Shown: one piece after another, positions 18,058 through 25,200 of the stretch | Numbering within the stretch: the stretch's first letter is position 1 | Layout of the letters: every line of letters starts with the position of its first letter | Origin: a virus | Taxonomy: Duplodnaviria; Caudoviricetes | DNA length: 53,719 nt | Strand: one strand, 5' to 3' | Virus record (IMG/VR): IMGVR_UViG_3300045950_000056 | Location: 1-53,719 of that record | Program-made: the position numbers and the translations under genes | The notes under the pieces: generated by a model | What the model was told of the DNA's origin: nothing | The model's input: the letters and a program-made list of their open reading frames with translations, nothing else | Databases searched by the model: none

Positions 18058-18367
18058 GGCTCTCTCTCCCCCACCGGCGCTCGAATTCGCTCCCAGCCCA
18101 CTCCTCAACCCACGGGCCAAACACCCCCATGGCGATAAGCCGGTCAACAAAGGTGTCAGTGGTATCCCCGTGCCTCCAATCGACTGAACTACAGGTCCAG
18201 AGGCAGCATGTCCGGTGAGCGTCGCAGTCACCTTGAGAGTGACTAATCGCCCGGCCATGGTCGAGGCAGAGGTGCATCACGCCGTAGGCGTGGATCGTGC
18301 ACGTATCGCAGCTCAACCCATCTGTATAGGTCTGTAACTGTGCGGCTTTTCGGCGTGTTCTAGACAT
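18050..18367 (-). CDS. Cys/His-rich hypothetical protein
   Basis: Overlaps neighbours; CDTC, CLDH, CSSV. Confidence 0.5.
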   Translation of the reverse strand: MSRTRRKAAQLQTYTDGLSCDTCTIHAYGVMHLCLDHGRAISHSQGDCDAHRTCCLWTCSSVDWRHGDTTDTFVDRLIAMGVFGPWVEEWAGSEFERRWGRESHE

Positions 18368-18671
18368 GGCTCGCCTTCTCGGGTGACTGAGACTTCGCGG
18401 GCACTCCCCCCCGCCCATGGCAGTCCAAACACTGCGCCCGTTCGGTGTCGCCGCCCGAGCCGAGGACCCAGCGGTCCCCGGTGCCCTGGCAGGTTTGACA
18501 GAGCGTCAGACCCGTCCAGCCGGTAACGGCCAGCATGGTGAAGAGCCATGGCAGCCCGATCAGGGCCACGCGGCTGACTCGTCCGTCTTGAATGAGCAGA
18601 CACAGGCTCGGCGCCTCTTGCACGAGCTTCCCGCTCTTACCGTTTCGTTCCCACCGGGCTAAGACTCTCAT
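18360..18671 (-). CDS. Hypothetical protein with DnaJ-type Zn finger
   Basis: CQTCQGTG and CLDCHGRG. Confidence 0.55.
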   Translation of the reverse strand: MRVLARWERNGKSGKLVQEAPSLCLLIQDGRVSRVALIGLPWLFTMLAVTGWTGLTLCQTCQGTGDRWVLGSGGDTERAQCLDCHGRGGVPAKSQSPEKASHV

Positions 18672-18683
18672 GGTGCCCCCCCC

Positions 18684-19391
18684 TTAATCCTCTAATAGCA
18701 TTTTCAGTTCGTGAACCTGCCAAGCTCGTTCGGCGTCCCGGGCGGCGTCCCCGGTAGCCCCGGCGGCCTTGGCGGCGGCCACGGCGGCGGCCCAAGCGGC
18801 GTCCCGGGCGGCGTCCCCGGTAGCCCCGGCGGCGGCCTTGGCCGCGGCCACGGCGGCGGCCACGGCGGCGGTCCAAGCGATGTCGGCGTCTCCGGCCGCG
18901 GCCACGGCGGCGGCCCAAGCGGCGACCACGGCGGCGGCCCCCGCGGCCCTGGCGCTGGCTAACTCTTCTTTTGTGGCCGTTTTATTGGCGTATCGAGTTG
19001 CGACCTCTAGTGCCGCCCACGATTGCGGATCGGGCTCTCGGCCCGCTGCGCGCTCTCGGTCGAGGGCTCGGGAGGCGCAGGCGACCGCAAAGAGGCGCGC
19101 CGTCTGCTCGGTCCAGGCGTCGCACCGGCTGAGAAGTCTGGCGCGCCTGACGACACACTTATTGTCTTGGCGCAGCAATTCGCCGTCTATCTCGACTCGC
19201 CAGATCGTTGGGCCTAGCCAGATGGGGAGCTGGTCGATTGTGCAGACGTGTAACCCGTGTTTGCACGGGATCAGGGGGGGGCCGGCCACTTCAACCCACT
19301 CGCCGGGCTGGCCGTCTTTGGGCAACGGCCAGCGCCCGGTGCCGCCGTTGATACTCTCGCCGTTTGGGCCGAGGACTTTGTAGTAGATCAT
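18684..19391 (-). CDS. Phage protein with C..GLH N-domain and Ala-rich AAW/DAA repeats
   Basis: YYKVL...PCKHGLH...RLFAVACA...AAWAAA...ERAWQ; GGAGG RBS. Confidence 0.8.
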   Translation of the reverse strand: MIYYKVLGPNGESINGGTGRWPLPKDGQPGEWVEVAGPPLIPCKHGLHVCTIDQLPIWLGPTIWRVEIDGELLRQDNKCVVRRARLLSRCDAWTEQTARLFAVACASRALDRERAAGREPDPQSWAALEVATRYANKTATKEELASARAAGAAAVVAAWAAAVAAAGDADIAWTAAVAAAVAAAKAAAGATGDAARDAAWAAAVAAAKAAGATGDAARDAERAWQVHELKMLLED

Positions 19392-19432
19392 TGGTTTCCT
19401 CCAGGTTAGCCAGTCAAGAAAAAAAGTCCCGC

Positions 19433-20572
19433 TTACTCCAACAACGCCAGTAATGTATCGTAAATAGCTGTCGCTATTGCACTATCCAGCGCATTACCCA
19501 CGAGGTCGGCGGCCCATGAGAATGGAGCAAGAAATAAGAATGAATCCGGGAAGCCCTGGATCCTGGCGGCTTCCCGCAGCGTCAGGGCGCGGTTCTCGGT
19601 TGGGTGCCAGAATCGCCCGCTGCCGGGGTTGGCGAAGTAGCATGTGATGGTTCGGGCGAGACCAAGGCGGTGGAGACGGCCGTAGCTCTGCGAGTAGTGA
19701 TCAAGCCCGCCCCGCCAGCGACCGCCCTCCGGCACGCGGCTCATGCGGCGCAGCTGGCCGCGCGTATGCGCCCACGGTCGATGTGACAGCCTCTCCGCCT
19801 CAGCCATCCCGATGGGCGGCAGGCCGGTCAAGATCTCCCCCACGTAAGGAATCGTCCGCCGGCCAAGGCCTTCATCGTCAAAGGGCAGCCCCTTGCGCAA
19901 GCGCTGGGTCGCGGGCGCCTCCCCGAGCATCGAGACCCGATCGCCGTCGAGGCGCTTCATGGCCTGGTCGCGATAGCAGAAATACCGGCGTTCGCCGCCA
20001 TGCGACGCTCGCGCGATTCGGGGCGCGACGCCAACATCACGATGGATGCCGATGTACACGAGGCGCTGGCGGCACTGGGTGCTGCCGCGGAGCGCCGCGT
20101 TGATGATCCCGGCCGTCCAGGCGTAACCCGCGCGCTCAAGCCGGCGCGTGAACGTCCGGAACTGCGGCGCGCCGGCCCCCAGGGGTACGTTCTCCATCGC
20201 GATGGCCAACGGCTTAAGCGCGACAGCGAGGTCAGCAAAGCGGAGCAGGTGCGAGTTCCGGGGATCCCCGGGATCGCGGGCGCCGCCGTCGCTGAACCCC
20301 TGACACGGCGGACACCCGAGAAGGATGTGGACGCGACCCCCGGCCAGGGCCTCGATTCGATCCGGGCTCAACCGCCGGACGTCCGCCCTGACGTAGGGCG
20401 CGGTTGGGAAATTGTAGAGGTACGTATCCCGGGCGAAGTCATCGTTGTCGACGAAAAGGGCCAATCTGCACCGCTTCCAGCACCTGAACGGCTCCGCCGA
20501 TCGCGCCGTCCCCGCGTAGAGCTCCGCGAGACGGAGCGGCGCAAAATGCCTCACGATTGGCGCTCTATTCAT
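19433..20572 (-). CDS. dcm: DNA (cytosine-5)-methyltransferase
   Basis: GCPPCQGFS, MENVP, QCRQR, LTLREAARIQGFP, VGNA; motif I degenerate. Confidence 0.9.
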   Translation of the reverse strand: MNRAPIVRHFAPLRLAELYAGTARSAEPFRCWKRCRLALFVDNDDFARDTYLYNFPTAPYVRADVRRLSPDRIEALAGGRVHILLGCPPCQGFSDGGARDPGDPRNSHLLRFADLAVALKPLAIAMENVPLGAGAPQFRTFTRRLERAGYAWTAGIINAALRGSTQCRQRLVYIGIHRDVGVAPRIARASHGGERRYFCYRDQAMKRLDGDRVSMLGEAPATQRLRKGLPFDDEGLGRRTIPYVGEILTGLPPIGMAEAERLSHRPWAHTRGQLRRMSRVPEGGRWRGGLDHYSQSYGRLHRLGLARTITCYFANPGSGRFWHPTENRALTLREAARIQGFPDSFLFLAPFSWAADLVGNALDSAIATAIYDTLLALLE

Positions 20573-20614
20573 CTCTCCTCCGCTCATCTATACTGCGACA
20601 TGAGGCCGGTCGCG

Positions 20615-21307
20615 ATGGACCCATTGAGCCCAAAGGAGCGCAGTCGTCGGATGATCCGCGTTCGCTCAACTGAAAACCGGTCAACCGAATGGAAGTTCCG
20701 CTCGGCGCTCATCCGGCAAGGACTCAGGAACTGGGTAATGCACCCGCGCTCAATTCCTGGCGTGCCAGACTTTCTCTTCCCGCCACGTAAGCTAGCGATC
20801 TTCATTGACGGATGTTTTTGGCACCGTTGTCCCAAGTGTCGTCGACGCCTGCCAGCGACCAACCGCGCATACTGGTCTCGAAAAGTGAAATCCAACGTGG
20901 CGCGCGCGCGGAGCGTCACGCGCCAGCTCCGTCACGAGCGCTTCGCCGTCGTTAGAATCTGGGAGCACGAGCTCCGCTCTCTAGGCTCGCTCCAAAAACT
21001 CTTCCGCGCCTGCGCTACAGCCCGAGTCGTTTCTACTGGACGCCATCCGCCGAGGAGTAACCCCAGGAGCTTCGCTGTCGGTGCTGGGATCGCCCGCCTG
21101 CCTGTCTCCCAGCGGGTTACCGTGACGCGGTGGACCCCGACGAGGCGGGCAAGCCCGGCCTGGCTGACGCGCAGGCGACCCCGGATCGCCCGGCAGTGGG
21201 TTGGGGTCATCTCCACATCCATCCGACGATTCCTGATATCCCCGCACTTGCAGCATTTCATGTGCGGCTTCCTCCGGATAGTGTCTGGCGGCACGTCGAG
21301 ACAGTAG
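20615..21307 (+). CDS. vsr: Very-short-patch repair endonuclease with non-conserved C-terminal run-on
   Basis: MD...RSRRM..VRS, PGVPDF, IFIDGCFWH, YWSRK..NVAR, VRIWEHE. Confidence 0.9.
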   Translation: MDPLSPKERSRRMIRVRSTENRSTEWKFRSALIRQGLRNWVMHPRSIPGVPDFLFPPRKLAIFIDGCFWHRCPKCRRRLPATNRAYWSRKVKSNVARARSVTRQLRHERFAVVRIWEHELRSLGSLQKLFRACATARVVSTGRHPPRSNPRSFAVGAGIARLPVSQRVTVTRWTPTRRASPAWLTRRRPRIARQWVGVISTSIRRFLISPHLQHFMCGFLRIVSGGTSRQ

Positions 21308-21324
21308 CAATGGTCACACGTCAT
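20932..21324 (-). CDS. Zn-ribbon plus XRE/Cro-type HTH regulator
   Basis: CDHC...CCKC then IRGRLRVSQAGLARLVGVHRVTVTRWETGRRAIP; GGAGG RBS before ATG 21324. Confidence 0.8.
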   Translation of the reverse strand: MTCDHCYCLDVPPDTIRRKPHMKCCKCGDIRNRRMDVEMTPTHCRAIRGRLRVSQAGLARLVGVHRVTVTRWETGRRAIPAPTAKLLGLLLGGWRPVETTRAVAQARKSFWSEPRERSSCSQILTTAKRS

Positions 21325-21338
21325 ACCCAACCTCCACC

Positions 21339-21358
21339 AGTGCCCCTGCGCGGGCACC
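21339..21358. promoter_or_regulatory. Palindrome copy with 2-nt central insertion
   Basis: AGTGCCCctGCGCGGGCACc directly upstream of the HTH gene RBS. Confidence 0.6.
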
Positions 21359-21581
21359 TAGCATCCGCTCCGAGATGCTTCATGAGCCAACCGGTCAAAC
21401 CACGGAGAGTCGAGCCAGATGTTACTCATGTTTCCGGCTTGCTCGTCCAAACCAGCGATTCAGCCAGACATGCCACGGACGCATCCGTCGAACGCGAAAC
21501 ATCGTGATAGTATGCCCTGGCCACGGGGACCATGAAAGGACGCGAATAGTTGAGGCCATTACGCGGGCACCGCCTCCGTTC

Positions 21582-21599
21582 AGTGCCCTTGCGGACACT
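21582..21599. promoter_or_regulatory. 18-bp palindrome copy (15/18)
   Basis: AGTGCCCttGCGGaCACT just downstream of the leftward promoter. Confidence 0.55.
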
Positions 21600-21627
21600 C
21601 ACAGCGTTGCCGGGTCATTTTGGACAG

Positions 21628-21657
21628 AGGATATAGCCACTGGTTACGTCTTGTCAA
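21628..21657 (-). promoter_or_regulatory. Leftward sigma70-type promoter TTGACA-N18-TATCCT
   Basis: Perfect -35 at head of the leftward operon; a second TTGACA at 21685-21690 faces right. Confidence 0.6.
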
Positions 21658-21721
21658 GTGAAAAAATCGCGCGACAAAATTTCCTTGACACGCCACCGCA
21701 CATCCGAGAGGATGAACAGCG

Positions 21722-22096
21722 ATGACTGTACCCGACCGCGCATCCGAGCTCCCTAGCCCTGTAAGAGTCCTCCTGCCCTCTGGGGCCACTGTGGAGGCTC
21801 AGGCAGTAGGTCTCCCCTCCCCCAGGGTCAACGTCGCAACAGAATCACCTCCTCTCGGAGGCGTCAGACCCGGTGCTGGACGGCCCCGGAAGTATTCCGA
21901 TAACGCCTCCCGACACCGTGCCTTTCGGGCACGCCACCGGACACCCTGGAAGCCGATCTTGCGTGCGCTGAGGCGGCACGAGAAACGCTTGCAGGCTAAG
22001 GGGATTCTCGTGAAGGGCCAGGAGCAGAGCAGGGGAACATCCAGCGTGACAGGCGGGGATCTGAGGACGAACGGAGATGCGGCGCAACTCACTTGA
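21722..22096 (+). CDS. Small basic putative DNA-binding protein
   Basis: GGVRPGAGRPRKYSDNASRHRAFRAR motif; GAGG RBS. Confidence 0.55.
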   Translation: MTVPDRASELPSPVRVLLPSGATVEAQAVGLPSPRVNVATESPPLGGVRPGAGRPRKYSDNASRHRAFRARHRTPWKPILRALRRHEKRLQAKGILVKGQEQSRGTSSVTGGDLRTNGDAAQLT

Positions 22097-22247
22097 TGGC
22101 GACCGTCGCGCCGTCTGGTTTTGCCTGCTAGCGGTGTGGGCTCTGGTTCTGCGGAATTCCTTTAGCCCCTTAAGGAGTGGCAGAAATGACACAAGAAGAG
22201 GGGGCGCTACCCTCCAGAGAGCGCGCCAGCGAACCTGCGTCCCCCAC

Positions 22248-22347
22248 TGGAAAGACCGTGGTGGGATTCGAACCCACGGCGGCGTGGTAACGCACGCCGC
22301 ACCTAGCGGCGAGCTAGGCGCCTTAGGCCACTCTCAGCCACCCGGTC
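22248..22347 (-). tRNA. Aberrant class II (Ser-like body) tRNA with anticodon CGC
   Basis: Cloverleaf: acceptor GACCGGG/CACGGTC (one mismatch), D-loop AGTGGCCTAA, anticodon stem CCTAG/CTAGG with loop CTCGCCG, 8-bp variable arm, T arm GTGGG-TTCGAAT-CCCAC, then TTT-CCA. Confidence 0.85.
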
Positions 22348-22401
22348 AAGTCAGGGGCGCCCGAAACCTTGCCAAGGGAAGGGCGCCCTTGGTGCTTCTC
22401 T

Positions 22402-22430
22402 TGCTAACATAATGACGGATTATCAGACGC
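22402..22430 (-). other. dif: dif-like XerC/XerD recombination site
   Basis: Minus strand GCGTCTGATAA-TCCGTCA-TTATGTTAGCA: 11-bp arms, ATAA/TTAT inner symmetry, XerD core TTATGTTA, 7-bp spacer. Confidence 0.7.
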
Positions 22431-22580
22431 TGGGAAATCAAGGGCTTGTGGGTACGCCAGTTACCCTACAATCCAGTGTAGGCTCATCCCGAGTGCGTGG
22501 TGGCGAAAATGAGACTGTCATGACATGTGTCAGATACGAGACACTCAATGGGGCGCCTATTCTCCATGGGTGGCGAGCGG

Positions 22581-22596
22581 TGTTTCACGTGGAACA
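22581..22596. other. parS: Chromosomal-type parS centromere site
   Basis: TGTTTCACGTGGAACA; reverse complement fits TGTTNCACGTGAAACA fully; non-coding context. Confidence 0.85.
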
Positions 22597-22812
22597 CGAA
22601 GTGGGTGTTATGGCCATGGTGTAGTGTTCTCATGGGCGCTGACCCATATACAATCACCCCCTTTGGCGTCAGTTTTGGCGGCAGTTTTTCTCCAGAAAGG
22701 CGATTCACAAAATGACCTTGGGAATTGCACAGCCGGCCCCCTCGCTCGAAAATTTCCGATATACCCAAAATCCAGTTGGGGGTAGGGGGGGCCTGCGAAG
22801 TCGGGAGGGAAG

Positions 22813-23091
22813 ATGTCCACGGCATATGATCTTCTAGCCCTCGCGCTGCTGCTAATTGGGTTCGCGGCAGTTTATTATGTCGGTCGAAAACATGGCGAGC
22901 TTTCGGCACCGACGGGCTGCGTGGGCGTTCACCATCTGTGGCGCGGGGGATCATGGATCTGTGTCTGCCGGAGCTTCAGAGTGGACCCTGACGCCCGTCT
23001 ATTGATCCCGGTCCCGAATACTGCCGAGACTGAAACCGGCGCAAGAGCCATGAAGCACGACCAGAGGAGGCGCACCAATGACCCTTGGTGA
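22813..23091 (+). CDS. Small membrane protein
   Basis: GGAGG RBS, N-terminal TM. Confidence 0.6.
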   Translation: MSTAYDLLALALLLIGFAAVYYVGRKHGELSAPTGCVGVHHLWRGGSWICVCRSFRVDPDARLLIPVPNTAETETGARAMKHDQRRRTNDPW

Positions 23092-23213
23092 AGAGATCAG
23101 AGAACTGGACGTCGAACCGCTCCAGTGGCCCTCGGCCCTCCCGGCGCAACAGCCCGTATCCGTGCCAGAGCCAGCGCCAGAGGCTATCCCAGCCGAGGTT
23201 GAGGGGGCGCATC

Positions 23214-23885
23214 ATGCCAGTTGATCCGCTCTCCCGGGACCCCCTCGGCCAATTCCTTCGACAACTCCAACAAGCCCAACTCCAACAAGCCCTACAACAG
23301 ACATCTGCGACTGCAAGCACGGTAACCGCATCCTGGAGCAGTCCAATGGCGGGCGGACCGTTCACAACAAGCACGTTCACAACGACAACGGGCACCTCTT
23401 CCATCTACGTCCCCCACACATCCCACGGGAGTGCGCGACCAGAAACAGTCCTCGCCGGTCCGATTCTAGCGTATCGGTACTATTTCATGTGGGAAGCTCC
23501 GGGACAGGAATTGCGGTTGTATCCGCTGACTACCAGAGAGGGCCTTCCCTACGGAAGGGTTCTGGCCGCCACGCATGACTCCTCAGGAGCGCCCGCGCCA
23601 GCCAGAGGATGTTCCTGCGGCTATTATTCGATGAAAACCATGAAGCTCCTGATGGACTACCCGCTCCCGAACCCCCTCATCCCAGTCATCTATGCGCTCG
23701 TCGCCTGCTGGGGGCGCGTCATCGAACACCGCGACGGCTACCGGTCTCAGTACCAGTATCCCGTGCGCGTCTGGCTGCCTCGACCTGAGATTCCTGGATT
23801 TCCTCGCTCCCCGCATCTCGATCGGATGCTGGCGACGATTCAGGACCGGTACGGATGTGAGATCGGGCCTCCTCCCCCCTCGTAA
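23214..23885 (+). CDS. Hypothetical protein with CxCGYY...WGRVIEH..GYR domain
   Basis: Recurrent phage domain pattern; RBS GAGGGG. Confidence 0.65.
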   Translation: MPVDPLSRDPLGQFLRQLQQAQLQQALQQTSATASTVTASWSSPMAGGPFTTSTFTTTTGTSSIYVPHTSHGSARPETVLAGPILAYRYYFMWEAPGQELRLYPLTTREGLPYGRVLAATHDSSGAPAPARGCSCGYYSMKTMKLLMDYPLPNPLIPVIYALVACWGRVIEHRDGYRSQYQYPVRVWLPRPEIPGFPRSPHLDRMLATIQDRYGCEIGPPPPS

Positions 23886-23890
23886 CGTCG

Positions 23891-24253
23891 ATGCCCCGCC
23901 GATCCACGGGTCCGCAGATCATCGTCACCGGCCCGACGACGGTGGAACACGCCTGTCCCATCTGCGGGACCATGGTGGAAACGAAATGGCCCCGGAACGG
24001 CCCGTATCGGATCTTTTGCGGCAAAACGGCGTGCACGCGAGAAGCCGAGAAGCAACGGCGACGGCAGCGGCGGCAGGCACGCGGGCAGTACTGGCCGCGA
24101 CGCAGCCGGACGCGGCTCCGAGACTTTTTGCGGGCCGTGGACCAGATGCCAGCCATCCCGCTCACCTCGCTTCCGCCGATTGTGGTCTCCCGACCCCCCA
24201 CCTTCGCCCCGTCCGTGCTCCCATGGCATACTAGGGACCAGCATGGATCATGA
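23891..24253 (+). CDS. Zn-ribbon protein
   Basis: CPICG...FCGKTAC plus Arg-rich helix. Confidence 0.6.
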   Translation: MPRRSTGPQIIVTGPTTVEHACPICGTMVETKWPRNGPYRIFCGKTACTREAEKQRRRQRRQARGQYWPRRSRTRLRDFLRAVDQMPAIPLTSLPPIVVSRPPTFAPSVLPWHTRDQHGS

Positions 24254-24836
24254 GCCCGGAGGGGATGGTGGCGACGGAGGACCTTGCGGCATGGCTCCGG
24301 TCCCCGCTCCCGTCCTTCCAGCAGGCGCTCTGGCGGATGGGCGTCCCGCCAAGCGAACATCTGCCCGTCGAGGTCGCCCTCGGCATCTGTCTTCGATGGT
24401 GGATGCGTCGCGCCAACTACCGCCGGGGGCTGCACCCGGAGACGGTCGAATGGCTCTGCGGCCACCTCCGCTCCCGATTGGACCATTCTCCGGGGGCTCC
24501 GGGCTCATTAAGGCCGGCATCCCACTTCTGGTCGCCCATCTCTATGACACCATCAATGAACTCAAGCGCCTCGCCATCCTTGCCGAATCGGCGAAGCAGT
24601 TCCACATCGCCGGGGAACTCCACCACGACGCCGGACTCCTCGCCATCCGCCAGCAGGAACTCGGTGTCGGACGATCGCTGAAAGTTCAAGCGCAGGTGCT
24701 CCATTCGCAGGCGGATCTCGTGCCGTGGCGGGACCTGCCGCCCGAGGTGCAGAAGAAAATTGGGGATGCGCTCGACGCCGTGAAAGGGCTCACCGACGCC
24801 GTGGAAGCCGAATGGATCGAACACGATGAGACTTGA
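24250..24836 (+). CDS. Putative small terminase subunit, needing a -1 shift at the G5 run 24492-24496
   Basis: Coupled start at 24250; the helical C-terminal half ending VEAEWIEHDET is in the -1 frame with no convincing start; upstream of TerL. Confidence 0.45.
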
Positions 24837-25200
24837 TCGACTCTCAGATGGATCACTTCTGATCGAGGACCGATGGGATCGGTTCCGCCAGGCGTGGCGA
24901 GCGGCCCTGACTCAGCTCGTCCTGGATGATGGGCGACCGGCCGTGCGCCTGGACCGCGAGCGCGTGCTCACCATCCCCGTCCCGATCTGGGATCGGATGC
25001 GCCGCCATGTGCAGCAGCGACTCTGGGGGCTCCCGAGCAAACGGGAGCGATGGTGCGAAGGGTGTGGAGCGACGATGACGGTCGTGAAGGAATTTGAGCG
25101 CATCTGGACCTTTCGCTGCCCGACGTGCCACTCGGTGGAAATCCAAGGAAAAAACCGGATCGGCGGCACCGTCGGCGGGGGCGAACGGGAACGCCCATGA
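24826..25200 (+). CDS. Zn-ribbon protein
   Basis: CEGCG...CPTCH. Confidence 0.6.
   Translation: MRLDRLSDGSLLIEDRWDRFRQAWRAALTQLVLDDGRPAVRLDRERVLTIPVPIWDRMRRHVQQRLWGLPSKRERWCEGCGATMTVVKEFERIWTFRCPTCHSVEIQGKNRIGGTVGGGERERP

Noticed and set aside
18730-18960. GC-rich tandem repeats as a CRISPR or guide array
   Set aside because: They encode Ala-rich repeats of a common phage protein; no constant repeat-spacer pattern and no cas genes.
20000-20614. N-terminal 200 aa of the ORF-track protein 20000-21307
   Set aside because: Antisense to dcm; Vsr similarity starts only at 20615.
2290-21599. Palindrome explained as a coding CPxGH motif (TGC CCG CGC GGG CAC)
   Set aside because: In the likely real genes it reads SARAG or VPARA or is intergenic; only the 1229 and 16981 copies may be read as CPxGH.
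22248-22280. tRNA 3' end as attP of an integrase system
   Set aside because: No integrase and no second copy of the tRNA end in the window; cannot be excluded if sequence is missing.
22376-22383. KOPS-like GGGAAGGG pointing at the dif-like site
   Set aside because: Other GGGNAGGG octamers (e.g. 21815, 22790) are not oriented toward the site, and chance matches are expected in GC-rich DNA.
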